Assembly: GCA_900556465.1 (NCBI GenBank)
Contig: USPK01000002.1
Span: 3,295 to 67,294, forward strand
From: an uncultured Prevotella sp.
GTDB lineage: Bacteria; Bacteroidota; Bacteroidia; Bacteroidales; Bacteroidaceae
Direction: 5' to 3'
DNA: 64,000 bases
The notes under the pieces were generated by a model. The model saw nothing but the letters and a program-made list of their open reading frames with translations, ran no database searches and was not told the DNA's origin. This document shows, piece after piece, positions 40,282 through 50,075 of this stretch (the stretch's first letter is position 1; each line of letters starts with the position of its first letter). Position numbers and translations under genes: made by a program.

Positions 40282-42306
40282 TCACCACCGGAACCGGAGG
40301 GAGAGGCGCCAGCTGCGGCCCGGCATGGGGTAGCGGCGGACCACTTCATACTGCGCGTCGAAGGCGTTGACCAGGTCGGCGCGCACGTCGAGGCGCCCCG
40401 GGCCCAGCCGGAACGAGCGGTAGAGGCCCAGCCCCGCCTCGGCATAGCCCGGCAGGCGCGTGCCGGCCGTGTGCTCGTGCGTGCTCCACCGTTCGGACGC
40501 CCCGGCGACGGAGACGACGGCGCCCAGCCAGGGCGACTCGTAGGCCAGGCTCGCGGCCCCCGTGTGGCGGGGCATGTAGGCCGGTTGCAGGCCGTAGCTG
40601 CGGCTCGACGGGTCCGAGAGGTCGGCGGCCCGTTGCAGCGAGTAGTTGCCCTGGAGGACCAGCAGGTGGCCCTGCGCCGGGCGGAAGCGGGCCTGGAGCG
40701 TCGCGTCGAGGCCGCCGGTGCGCACCTTCCCGAAGTTGACCGTGCGCCAGACGAACAGGTTGTAGGGAATGCTCGTTATGCGGTCGCGCACCTTCCCGCC
40801 GTAGCCGTCGGCCGTGATGACGAGCAGGGGCAGCCACGACTGCGGGCCGCCGTCGCGGACAAAGGTCAGGCCCACGCCGCCCCTGCGCGCCACCTCGGGC
40901 CGCAGGTCCTGCGAGCCGAGATGGTAATAATAGGACTCCGTGAACGTGGGGACGCGGAAGTGCTCCTCGCCCGACGCCCGCAGGTAGAGGCGGAGCTCCG
41001 ACCGGCCCCGGCCGTGGCGCCTCAGGGCCAGCCACGCTACCGACGCCACCGGCGAGAGGCGCTGCGCGTCACGGGCCGCGGCGCCCCCGTCCCTGTGGTT
41101 GCGGTAGACGTGGCCTGTGAGGCGGGCCGTGGCCAGCAGGCGCGGCGTGGCGAAGCGTAGCGAGAGGCTTTGCAGCACACCGAGGCGGGCCGCGTGGCTT
41201 TCCGCCGTCTGGTTGCTGTTTAGCCCGTTGTGGACGAGGTCCAGGGCGTAAGCCGCGCCCCACGGGCCGCGTTGCCAGGCGGCCCCGGCCGTGGCGTACC
41301 ATTCCCGTTGCCAGTAGTGCTGGCGTAGGGCGCCGTCCGGGTATTGGGCATCCACGTCGGCGTAGTTGCTTTGCTGCCAGTTGAACTTGCCGCCCGCCAT
41401 GAGCCGGAACGCTCCGAAGCGCTGTTGCCACAGGGCCTGCCCGAAGGCCGTCCGTTCGCGCAGCCGCTCGTCGCCTTCGTCGGTGTAGAGCGTCACTTGT
41501 CCCGGCAGCCGGCGGTGGGAGTCGTAGTAGTAGGCCTTGCCCGTGAGCGTCCCGCCGCCGCGCGTCGTGTGGTGCACGTTGACTTCGCCCGTCCAGGCCT
41601 GCATGCGGCTGTTGCGGCGCCGTTCGCGGCTGACGAGCTGCCCGTTGCGTAGCGTGAAGGGATAGTCGTTGCGGCCATAGCGGAAGTCGGCCAGGCCGCT
41701 CAGCGTGGTGCGCGGTCCGGCGGCCGTAGCGAGGCGCAGCGAGGGCTGGGCCGTGCCGAAAGCGCCGAAACGGAGCGCCGCCTCGCCGTGCAGGCCGCGG
41801 CCGGCGGCGGGCAGGGCCGACGTGAGGCGAACGGTCGCCGCGGCCACGGCGCGTACCGGGCAGAGCAGCTCGGGAGCGTCCGTCACGCTGAGCCCTATGC
41901 CCGAAAGCTGTTCCAGAGAGAACTGTCCCAGGTCCACCTGTCCGCCGCGGGCGTCGCTTACGGGCATCCCGTCGTAGCTGACGGCCGTGTGGGTGGCGCC
42001 CAGTCCGCGGACGCTCACCGTCTTGAGTCCGCCGGCGCCGCCGTAGTCGCGCAGGTTGACGCCGGCCAGCCGGCGCAGCGCCGCCCCGATGTCTGCCGCC
42101 CCGCTGCGGCGAAGGGCGGCGGAGTCCAGGGCCTGGAGCGGCGTGCCGGCGGACAGCCCCTGCGGCAGGCGGGGAGCGCTGACCTGCGCCTCGCCCAGCA
42201 CGCGGCGCAACGTGTCGGCCGGCTGCGGGCATACGGCGCTGCACGCCGCCGCCACACACAGCAACGCGACCGTCCGGCGGACGGCGGTGTGGATACGGAA
42301 GTTCAT
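40282..42306 (-). CDS. btuB: TonB-dependent receptor, BtuB-like (cobalamin)
   Basis: Plug DYGGAGGLKTVSVRGLG, FRVPTFTESYY, C-terminal YPMPGRSWRLSLRFRW; under a cobalamin riboswitch. Confidence 0.85.
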   Translation of the reverse strand: MNFRIHTAVRRTVALLCVAAACSAVCPQPADTLRRVLGEAQVSAPRLPQGLSAGTPLQALDSAALRRSGAADIGAALRRLAGVNLRDYGGAGGLKTVSVRGLGATHTAVSYDGMPVSDARGGQVDLGQFSLEQLSGIGLSVTDAPELLCPVRAVAAATVRLTSALPAAGRGLHGEAALRFGAFGTAQPSLRLATAAGPRTTLSGLADFRYGRNDYPFTLRNGQLVSRERRRNSRMQAWTGEVNVHHTTRGGGTLTGKAYYYDSHRRLPGQVTLYTDEGDERLRERTAFGQALWQQRFGAFRLMAGGKFNWQQSNYADVDAQYPDGALRQHYWQREWYATAGAAWQRGPWGAAYALDLVHNGLNSNQTAESHAARLGVLQSLSLRFATPRLLATARLTGHVYRNHRDGGAAARDAQRLSPVASVAWLALRRHGRGRSELRLYLRASGEEHFRVPTFTESYYYHLGSQDLRPEVARRGGVGLTFVRDGGPQSWLPLLVITADGYGGKVRDRITSIPYNLFVWRTVNFGKVRTGGLDATLQARFRPAQGHLLVLQGNYSLQRAADLSDPSSRSYGLQPAYMPRHTGAASLAYESPWLGAVVSVAGASERWSTHEHTAGTRLPGYAEAGLGLYRSFRLGPGRLDVRADLVNAFDAQYEVVRRYPMPGRSWRLSLRFRW

Positions 42307-42381
42307 CGACTGAGATAACGATACGTGGAGCTTGTCCCGGCATGGCCCCTCCTCGGAGGCAAGTCGCCCGGACGGCGTCGC

Positions 42382-42558
42382 GGCAGGTCTTCTGGCTCAT
42401 CCTTTCCCCAAACGCCTTCCCGCTTGCCGTGGCGGCAGGCAGTGGCTTTCTTCGGTTTGGGGCTAACGAAGGAAATACAGCAGCGGGACTGCACGGGATT
42501 CTCACCCGTTTCCCTTTTCATGGGGCGGCGCAAAGCGTGCACCGCGCCCAACCGTTGA
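42382..42558 (-). ncRNA. Cobalamin riboswitch
   Basis: Minus strand reads AAAAGGGAAACGGGTGAGAATCCCGTGCAGTCCCGCTGCTGT...GCCACTG...GGGAAGG...AGCCAGAAGACCTGCC (B12 box); TACCTTTG box at 42566-42573 just upstream. Confidence 0.95.
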
Positions 42559-42696
42559 CGCCCTGCAAAGGTAGGGCTTTTTCCGCAGACTTTTCCGCTG
42601 CGGCGGCGAAAAGTTTGTCGCTCGCCGCCGTTTCTCCCGTTCTGCGCGGCAAGCGGCGGAGGAAAAGCGGAGCCGGGAGCGGCTCGGACAAGTCAA

Positions 42697-42746
42697 GGAA
42701 AAGTGAACTTTTCCCTTGCCTTGCCTCTCGCCTTTCACTATCTTTG
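42697..42746 (+). promoter_or_regulatory. umuDC promoter: palindrome GGAAAAGT-GA-ACTTTTCC plus TATCTTTG -7 box
   Basis: 8-bp perfect inverted repeat at 42697-42714; -7 box at 42739-42746, 4 nt before the ATG. Confidence 0.6.
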
Positions 42747-42750
42747 CGGC

Positions 42751-43179
42751 ATGGAAGACCTGAAAATATTTGACGCAGACCTAAGCACCGAGCTCGAAAT
42801 CCCCATTGCCGACGAAGGGGTACGGGCCGGATTTCCCTCGCCCGCCCAGGACTACATCGGGCGTTCTATCGACTTGAACCACGAACTGGTGGCCCATCCC
42901 GAGAGCACGTTCTACGGCCGCGTGGAAGGCGACTCGATGGAGGAGGCCGGTATCTTCGATGGCGACATCATGGTGATAGACCGCGCGCTCGAACCGCGCG
43001 ACGGTGCCATTGCCGTTTGCCGTGTCGACGGGGAATATACCGTGAAGTTCGTCGAGTTTCACCCCGACCACGTCATGCTGATTCCCGCCAACCCGGCCTA
43101 TCGCCCCATGCGCATCGACGCCAGTGAGCGCTTCGATGTCTGGGGCATCGTCACCTACGTTATTCACAAGGTGTGCTGA
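42751..43179 (+). CDS. umuD: UmuD-like S24 autopeptidase (Pol V accessory subunit)
   Basis: VRAGFPSPAQDY cleavage motif, VEGDSM catalytic Ser, YTVK catalytic Lys, VWGIVTYVIH. Confidence 0.93.
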   Translation: MEDLKIFDADLSTELEIPIADEGVRAGFPSPAQDYIGRSIDLNHELVAHPESTFYGRVEGDSMEEAGIFDGDIMVIDRALEPRDGAIAVCRVDGEYTVKFVEFHPDHVMLIPANPAYRPMRIDASERFDVWGIVTYVIHKVC

Positions 43180-43206
43180 CCCGGTCGGCGCGGAAAGGGA
43201 GCCGCG

Positions 43207-44472
43207 ATGTTCGGACTGGTGGACTGTAATAATTTTTTCGTGAGCTGTGAGCGTGTCTTCGACCCCCGCTTGCTCGACTGCCCGGTCGTTGTCCTGTCGA
43301 ACAACGACGGCTGCGTCGTGGCGTGCAGCAACGAGGCCAAGGCCATCGGCATACGCCGCGGCGTCCCCTTCTTCCGCCTGCGCCGGCTGGTCGAGGAGGG
43401 GAAGCTCCAGGTCCGGTCGGGCAACATGGCCCTCTACGGCGACATGTCGCGCCGCGTCATGTCCGTCATCCGCCGCTTCGTGCCGCGCATCGAGGTGTAC
43501 AGCGTCGACGAGTGCTTCCTGGACCTCGACGGCATCGCCGCCCCCGAGGAACTCGGGCGCCAGTTGGCCGCCACCGTGCAACGCTGGACGGGCATCCCGG
43601 TCAGTGTGGGCCTGGCGCCTACGAAAACGTTGGCCAAGGTGGCGAGCCGCTTCGCCAAGCGTTACCCGGGCTACCGCGGCTGCTGCCTTATCGACACGGA
43701 CGCGAAGCGTGTCAAGGCGCTTCGGCTCACAGACATCGGCGACGTCTGGGGCGTGGGGCGGCGCCACGTGGAGACGCTCCGCGCCCAGGGCGTGCAGACG
43801 GCTTGGGACCTCACCCAGTGGCGGCCCCAGCGCGTGAGGCGCGTGCTCGCCTTGCCCGGGCTCAACATGTGGCACGAGTTGTGGGGACGCTCCGTCATCG
43901 GGCTCGAGCCGAGCACGGCCCGTAAGAGTGTCACGTCGTCCCGTTCCTTCAAGTCGCCCCTTACGGACTACGAAGACTTGCGGGCAATGGTGGCCGACTT
44001 TGCCGACCACTGTGCCGACCGCCTGAGGCGCAACGGCGGCGCGGCCAGGCTCGTCACCACCTACATCCGTACGGACCGTTTCCGTCCCGACTTGCCGCAG
44101 TACGCCAACGCCGCGAGCGAGACGCTCGACGTGGCCACGAGCGACCTGCGCGAGTTGGTCGCCGCCGCCGTCCGCTGCCTGGAGCGCATCTACCGGCCCG
44201 GCTACGGCTACAAAAAAGCCGGCGTCACGCTGGGCGCCATAGAGAGCGACGGCGTGCAGGGCCACCTCTTCGACGGCGTAGACCGCCAGCGGCAGGAACG
44301 CTTGCTCGCCGCCATCGACCGCGTGCGCCAGAAAAACGGCCGCGACGCCTTGCGCGTGGCCTCGGCGGGCCGGGTGGAGGACGTGGCCCGGCGCGAATAC
44401 CGCTCGCCCCGCTACACGACGGACTGGTCCGAGCTGATGGTGATTCACGTGGGGCACAAGCCCAAAGCATGA
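43207..44472 (+). CDS. umuC: UmuC-like Y-family DNA polymerase
   Basis: [40 protein letters not shown]-terminal [11 protein letters not shown]. Confidence 0.94.
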   Translation: MFGLVDCNNFFVSCERVFDPRLLDCPVVVLSNNDGCVVACSNEAKAIGIRRGVPFFRLRRLVEEGKLQVRSGNMALYGDMSRRVMSVIRRFVPRIEVYSVDECFLDLDGIAAPEELGRQLAATVQRWTGIPVSVGLAPTKTLAKVASRFAKRYPGYRGCCLIDTDAKRVKALRLTDIGDVWGVGRRHVETLRAQGVQTAWDLTQWRPQRVRRVLALPGLNMWHELWGRSVIGLEPSTARKSVTSSRSFKSPLTDYEDLRAMVADFADHCADRLRRNGGAARLVTTYIRTDRFRPDLPQYANAASETLDVATSDLRELVAAAVRCLERIYRPGYGYKKAGVTLGAIESDGVQGHLFDGVDRQRQERLLAAIDRVRQKNGRDALRVASAGRVEDVARREYRSPRYTTDWSELMVIHVGHKPKA

Positions 44473-44712
44473 TTCGCCCGCGGGAGCCGCTCTCCCGGGA
44501 CGGAAACGCACGCAGCGCCTGCGGCCGGAGGGTTGCAGGCGCTGCGCGTATGGTCCGCGGCGGCCGGGCGGCCGGGAGCTGTGGTGCCGGCCCGGGGCGG
44601 CGAGGCCGTCGCGGCAGGGGAGGGGAGCGTCCCGCCATTTCCCGCCGGCCGGGCCGTATGCCGCCTGCGGGGCGCACAGGCGGAGCGGCTGCCGCCGTTA
44701 CGCGGCGCGAAC

Positions 44713-44771
44713 ACGGGCCTTAGCCCCGTAAAAACGAGCCTTAGCCCAGTTTTTACGGGGCTAAGGCTCGT
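44713..44771. repeat. 21-bp-period palindromic array, copy 8
   Basis: Units at 44713, 44734, 44755; between convergent umuC and GH2. Confidence 0.9.
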
Positions 44772-44825
44772 TTCTGCCGGTTCAAGGGGCGGTCCGCCGG
44801 CCAAGGTGGCCGATGCGCGCCGCAC

Positions 44826-47345
44826 TTAGCGCCCCGGAATGAGCGGGACGATGGCCGGCTGGCTTTGCAGGACCAGTTCGGCCGAGGCCGGGCGCCGGAC
44901 GCCCTCGCCGACGATGCTGGCCCGCACCACGATGCGGCCGGGGCGCGTGGTGGCGCGCAGCAGCACCGGCGCCGTGCCCCATTGCACCGCCCGCGGGTTG
45001 GTGAACGTCTCCGCGTTGGCCACGAGCTGGCCCTCGCCCGACACTTCAAAGCGGACCATGGAGTTGTTCAGCCGCTTGATGTTCCCGTTCTCGTCCGCTA
45101 CGGCCGCCACGAGGGTCACTACGTCCGAGCCGTCGGCCCGCAGGGCCACGTCCTCGTCGTCCGCCCAGAGCAGCAGGCGCGTGGGGCGCCGGGCGGGGCT
45201 CACCTTGTGCGTGGCCACCACCTTCCCGTCCATGAGGCCCTCGGCCAGGAGGTAGGAGCCCGCGGCCTGGCCCGAACGGCAGCGCTGCTTGTCCTGCATC
45301 ACGTTGAAGGCATTCGGGAAGACGATGACCGGTGAGGGCATGCCCGCCGAATCGGCCGGGCGGTGGTAGACGTAGGTGGGGCCGCCTTCGCCACAGGTGA
45401 GGCGCACCTCGTCGCAGTTGCTGTAAACGGTGACGTCGGCCGGTGAGAAGGGCGTCATGGCGTTGGCGATGAAGACCATAGGCCCCGTCTCGGCCGGGAG
45501 TTGGCTGTTGGTGCGCGGCGGGCGCTGTGCGCGAAACATCTCGTAGGACAGCTTCGGCTGGCGGAAGGCGTCCATCAGGCCGCCGTAGAACGGGTCGGGG
45601 TGATAGCCGCGCTGGTGGTCGAAGGCGTGCCAGAGGCAGCCGCCCACGTGTTGCCGCGGCATCCGCCACAGGGCGTCGTAGCACGTGTACTGGTAGTCGG
45701 GCCGCGCGTAGCCTTTGGCCTGCACCAGCATGGGCACCTCGCCCCAGGCGCGACTGGCCCGGCTCGGCGAGTTGTGGGCCGACCAGTTGTCCACATTGTC
45801 GCCCCACTCGCGGGTGAAGTAGCAGGCGTCCGGCTCCATGGGCGGAATGGCCGTGAAACCGTCGCCGCCGGTGTAGGGATGGGCGTAGCGCACGGGGAAA
45901 TAGCTGCTGCTGCGCGTGGCGGCGTCGCAGGCCATGTAGCAAGAGGGGTAGGGGTATTCGCTACGGACGATGTCGACAGCCTTGCGGGCGAAGTCGTCCG
46001 GGTAACCGGTCTCGTTGAGAATGGGCTCCCAGAGCCAGACGCTGGGATGGTTGCGGTCGCGGCGCACCATATTGCGGATGTCGCTGTAAACGTGCTCCGC
46101 AAATTCGGGCGCATTGTTCCAGAACTGCCAGCCTGGGGTGTTGACGATGACCAACAGGCCCAGTTCGTCGCAGGCGTCCATGAAGGCCGGGTCCTGCGGG
46201 TAGTGTGCGTTGCGGATGACGCGGAGGCCGGCGTCGCGCAGTTTCTTGGCGTCGCGCCAGTGGAGGCTGTTGGGCAGGGCGTTGCCCAGCACGGCGAAGT
46301 CCTGGTGGCGGTTGGCGCCGATGAGGGGCTCGTCGAAGGGCTTGCCGTTGAGCCAGAAGCCCTCCTGGCCGCGGAACTCGAAGCTGCGGATGCCGATGCG
46401 GCGCGTGTAGCCGTCGACGGTGTGTCCCTCCTGGTCCATGACGCGCACCTGCAGGCGGTAGAGGTAGGGACTGTCCGGCGACCAGAGCCGCGGCGACTTG
46501 ACCGTCATTTCCTGCCTTACCGTGCGCGCCTTGCCTTGGCCCACGCTCAGCCGGCCTTTGACCGACTGGAGCGGGCGGCCCGCCGCGTCGCACAGCTCGT
46601 AGACGACTTGCCCGGAGAAGGAGCGGCCGGAGGCGTTGCGTACGTGGGCGGAGAGCAGGATGCGGGCCGAGCGCTCGGAGACGTCGTCGTAGGCCACGAA
46701 GAGGCCGCCCCCTGCCTCGACCGACTCGTAGTTGGGGTCGGTGATGTAGACGCGGTTGTGTACCAATAGCCAGCAGTCGCGGTAGATGCCGCCGCAGTAG
46801 GTGAAGTCCAGGTCGGCCTGCGGCTTTCCCGGCGGGTAGGACGGGTCGTCCGAGTTGTCGGCCCGGACGGCGATAACGTTTTCCTCTCCCGGCTTAAGGT
46901 AGGGCGTCAGGTCGGCTATGACCGGCAGGTAGCCGCCTGTGTGGGCCGCCACGCGGTGCCCGTTGAGCCACACCTCGGAGCGGCCCATGATGGCCTCGAA
47001 GTGCAGGAATATCTGCTTGCCCTGCCACTCGGGCTCGGCGACGAAGCGCTTGCGATACCACACCTCGCCCTGGTAGTTCAGGCCGCCGCTGGCTTCGGTC
47101 GGGAGAAGTTCGATGCCGTCCGGCAAGGCAACGCGGGCCCAGTCGCCGTCGTCGAAGCCGGGCTGCTCGGCGCCCGGCGCCGAGCCCTTGTAGAAGCGCC
47201 AGTCGGGATTCATATTGTAGGCCGTGCGGCCCGTACCGGGTAGGGCGTAGAAACCGGCGGTAGAGAACTGGGGCACGGCGGCGCTGAGCCGGCCCGCGGC
47301 GCAGCAGGCCACGAGGACAAGCAGAAGGGAAAGGAGGCGTTTCAT
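44826..47345 (-). CDS. GH2 glycoside hydrolase (beta-galactosidase-like), exported
   Basis: Start MKRLLSLLL signal peptide; GGIYRD, GANRHQD, RNAHYP, RDRNHPSVWLWEPILNE; TACATTTG box at 47417-47424 (-). Confidence 0.92.
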   Translation of the reverse strand: MKRLLSLLLVLVACCAAGRLSAAVPQFSTAGFYALPGTGRTAYNMNPDWRFYKGSAPGAEQPGFDDGDWARVALPDGIELLPTEASGGLNYQGEVWYRKRFVAEPEWQGKQIFLHFEAIMGRSEVWLNGHRVAAHTGGYLPVIADLTPYLKPGEENVIAVRADNSDDPSYPPGKPQADLDFTYCGGIYRDCWLLVHNRVYITDPNYESVEAGGGLFVAYDDVSERSARILLSAHVRNASGRSFSGQVVYELCDAAGRPLQSVKGRLSVGQGKARTVRQEMTVKSPRLWSPDSPYLYRLQVRVMDQEGHTVDGYTRRIGIRSFEFRGQEGFWLNGKPFDEPLIGANRHQDFAVLGNALPNSLHWRDAKKLRDAGLRVIRNAHYPQDPAFMDACDELGLLVIVNTPGWQFWNNAPEFAEHVYSDIRNMVRRDRNHPSVWLWEPILNETGYPDDFARKAVDIVRSEYPYPSCYMACDAATRSSSYFPVRYAHPYTGGDGFTAIPPMEPDACYFTREWGDNVDNWSAHNSPSRASRAWGEVPMLVQAKGYARPDYQYTCYDALWRMPRQHVGGCLWHAFDHQRGYHPDPFYGGLMDAFRQPKLSYEMFRAQRPPRTNSQLPAETGPMVFIANAMTPFSPADVTVYSNCDEVRLTCGEGGPTYVYHRPADSAGMPSPVIVFPNAFNVMQDKQRCRSGQAAGSYLLAEGLMDGKVVATHKVSPARRPTRLLLWADDEDVALRADGSDVVTLVAAVADENGNIKRLNNSMVRFEVSGEGQLVANAETFTNPRAVQWGTAPVLLRATTRPGRIVVRASIVGEGVRRPASAELVLQSQPAIVPLIPGR

Positions 47346-47591
47346 GGGATACATATATATTATAGGTGTAGCGCGGGGAAACGGGGGCGCCGACACCGGC
47401 CCGGACCCACGCGGAGCAAATGTACGACATTTCGGTGGAATGCACCGCCCCGGCGGCGCGGAAATAGGGCCCGCCGGCACGCGTCGCGGCGTCGCGGCCG
47501 GCGAAACGGTAAAAGGTTTTTTTGCAGTATTGAAAAAATGTAGTACATTTGCAACCGTACCTATTCCGACCTTTGTACGATTACCGAATCC

Positions 47592-48113
47592 ATGAAGCAA
47601 TTCTTTTTCCACCTTTGCTGGGTGGTGGCGGCCTGTCTTGCGCCGCTCGCGGTCCAGGCGCAGGCCCGCTACGGCTGTCTGCGTTACGACTCCGTGCTGC
47701 ACGCCATGCCCGAATATGCCGAGGCGCAGGCACAAATCAAGCAACTGCGCGAGAAGTTCGTACTCGAGGCGAACTACAACGAGATGTCGTTCAAACGAAT
47801 GTTTGCCGAGTTCCTGCAGGGACAGAAGGACTTCCCGCAGAACATCTTGCTGAAGCGGCAGCGCGACTTGCAGGACGAGTTGGAAAAGGGCCTGGCCTTC
47901 CGGCGCGAGGCCGACAGCCTGCTCGTAGAGGCCGCCGCCGAAATAGAAGCACCCGTGCGGAGCAAGCTCGACGCGGCCATCGAAGCCGTCGGCACGGAGC
48001 GCGGCTACGACCTGGTGGTGAACCTCGACGAACGCACCTGCCTCTTCCTGCGACCGGCCCAGACGGAAGACATCACGCGCTACGTCTGGCAGAAACTATA
48101 CCCGCAACCCTGA
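47592..48113 (+). CDS. skp: OmpH/Skp periplasmic chaperone
   Basis: Signal peptide, AMPEY, helical body, GYDLVVN...EDITRYV; upstream of murI; TACATTTG box at 47544-47551. Confidence 0.85.
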   Translation: MKQFFFHLCWVVAACLAPLAVQAQARYGCLRYDSVLHAMPEYAEAQAQIKQLREKFVLEANYNEMSFKRMFAEFLQGQKDFPQNILLKRQRDLQDELEKGLAFRREADSLLVEAAAEIEAPVRSKLDAAIEAVGTERGYDLVVNLDERTCLFLRPAQTEDITRYVWQKLYPQP

Positions 48114-48156
48114 GCGGAAGGCCCCAAGCGCCTATCGCTATAAAGCAGACTTCTCC

Positions 48157-49026
48157 ATGAACATTTCTCCATCCGAAGTGCCGGCTGCGGCGCCGGCCGA
48201 TACGCGGAGTCGCGGCCCGGTGGGCATCTTCGATTCCGGTTACGGCGGCCTGACCATCCTGCGACAGATTCGCCAGCTCCTGCCCCAGTTCGACTATCTC
48301 TACCTCGGCGACAACGCCCGCGCGCCCTATGGCACCCACTCCTTTGAAGTAATCTACCGCTACACGCTCGAGGCCGTCGAGGCCCTCTTCCGGCGGGGCT
48401 GTCCGCTGGTCATACTGGCCTGCAACACGGCCTCGGCCAAGGCCCTGCGCACCATACAGCAGCGCGACCTGGAGCGGCTGGGCGGCAACCGCCGCGTACT
48501 GGGCGTCATCCGCCCGACCGTGGAAGTGGTCAGCAAGCTGACGAAGTCGCGCCACGTGGGTATTCTGGCGACGGCCGGGACTATCAACTCGGGCTCCTAC
48601 ACCTTGGAACTGCACAAGATAGCCCCTGACATTGTCGTCACGGGCCAGGCCTGTCCCATGTGGGTGCCGCTCGTGGAGAACTACGAGTTCGACTCGCCCG
48701 GCGCGGACTATTTCGTCCGCAAGCGCATCGAGGGCATTCTGCGCCTGGACCCTGAGATTGACACGTTGGTCTTGGGTTGTACGCACTACCCGTTGCTCAT
48801 GAACAAGATAGTCAAGTACACGCCGCCCGGGGTGCGCATCGTGCCGCAGGGCGAATACGTGGCGGCCAGCCTGGGCGACTACCTGCAGCGTCACCCCGAG
48901 ATGGCCGTGCGCCTGACCACGGGCGGGCACTGCCACTACCTGACGACGGAGAGCGCGGAAAAGTTCCGCGAGAGCGCCGCCCTGTTCATGCACGAACCGG
49001 TAGAGGTGGAGCACATCGACCTGTAA
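48157..49026 (+). CDS. murI: Glutamate racemase
   Basis: GIFDSGYGGLT, ILACNTAS, VLGCTHYP. Confidence 0.96.
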   Translation: MNISPSEVPAAAPADTRSRGPVGIFDSGYGGLTILRQIRQLLPQFDYLYLGDNARAPYGTHSFEVIYRYTLEAVEALFRRGCPLVILACNTASAKALRTIQQRDLERLGGNRRVLGVIRPTVEVVSKLTKSRHVGILATAGTINSGSYTLELHKIAPDIVVTGQACPMWVPLVENYEFDSPGADYFVRKRIEGILRLDPEIDTLVLGCTHYPLLMNKIVKYTPPGVRIVPQGEYVAASLGDYLQRHPEMAVRLTTGGHCHYLTTESAEKFRESAALFMHEPVEVEHIDL

Positions 49027-49052
49027 GCCTTCATCCCTGAAAGCCAGACTTC

Positions 49053-50075
49053 ATGCAACTGCAAAATAAGCAAATACTCATTACGGGAGCCAGCGGCTTC
49101 ATCGGCAGTCACCTCGTGGAGCGTGCGCTGGCCGAAGGCGCCACGGCCTGGGCGGCCGTGCGGCCGACGAGTAGCCGCCGCTACCTCACCGACCCGCGCA
49201 TTCGCTTCGTCGAGTTAGACCTGAGCGACGACGACCGGCTGCGCGCCCAGCTGGAGCAGCATCGGGCGCAACACGGCGCGTGGGACTACGTCGTCCATGC
49301 CGCCGGCGCGACAAAGTGCCGCTGCGAGGCCGACTTCTTCCGCACCAACACGGAGGGGACCCTACGCCTGGCCCGCCTGCTCGTAGCGACCGGAGCCCTG
49401 CGCGGCCGCTTTGTCTTCATCAGCTCGCTCAGCGTGTGCGGCCCGATACACGAGGCCGACGGCGGCCTTATCGGCGAGGCCGACGAGCCCCGGCCCGACA
49501 CGGCCTACGGCAGGAGCAAGCTCGAGGCGGAGCGGGGCCTGGCCCTGCTCGACCAGGCGCCGGACTACGTCGTGCTGCGCCCGACGGGCGTCTACGGTCC
49601 TCGCGAACGCGACTACTATCTGATGGCCAAAAGCATTGCCCGCCACGTGGACTTCTCCGTAGGCTGGCGGCCGCAGACCCTGACGTTCATCTACGTGGCC
49701 GACTTGGTCGAGGCCGCCTTCCTGGCCCTGGAGCGCGGAGAAAGCGGGCGCGCTTATTTCCTGACTGACGGCGCGGCCTATCGCTCAAGGGACTTTTCCG
49801 ACCTCCTTAGCCGCGCCATCGGCGTCCGTCGGGTGCTTCACATCAAGGCGCCGCTCTGGCTGCTGCGCGCCGTGTGCGCTGTCGTCGGCGGCTGGGCCGG
49901 GCTCACGGGGCGTACGGCCACGCTCAACATGGACAAATACCGCATCATGAAACAACGCAACTGGCAGTGCGACATCAGGCCCGCCCGCCATGAGCTCGGG
50001 TACACGCCGCGTTACCCCTTGGCCCGCGGCGTCGCCGAGACGGTTGCCTGGTACAAGAAAGAACAATGGATTTGA
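49053..50075 (+). CDS. NAD-dependent epimerase/dehydratase (extended SDR)
   Basis: TGASGFIG, HAAG, YGRSK, LRPTGVYGP. Confidence 0.9.
   Translation: MQLQNKQILITGASGFIGSHLVERALAEGATAWAAVRPTSSRRYLTDPRIRFVELDLSDDDRLRAQLEQHRAQHGAWDYVVHAAGATKCRCEADFFRTNTEGTLRLARLLVATGALRGRFVFISSLSVCGPIHEADGGLIGEADEPRPDTAYGRSKLEAERGLALLDQAPDYVVLRPTGVYGPRERDYYLMAKSIARHVDFSVGWRPQTLTFIYVADLVEAAFLALERGESGRAYFLTDGAAYRSRDFSDLLSRAIGVRRVLHIKAPLWLLRAVCAVVGGWAGLTGRTATLNMDKYRIMKQRNWQCDIRPARHELGYTPRYPLARGVAETVAWYKKEQWI

Noticed and set aside
42751..44472. umuDC as a marker of a mobile element
   Set aside because: No integrase, relaxase or transfer genes nearby and no obvious compositional shift.
44826..44900. GH2 C-terminal truncation caused by the nearby array
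   Set aside because: No displaced coding remnant is visible downstream; this cannot be supported without an alignment.
47458..47474. Thirteenth array (GCGGAAATAGGGCCCGC)
   Set aside because: A single degenerate B-like unit with no neighbours in 21-bp register; not counted.
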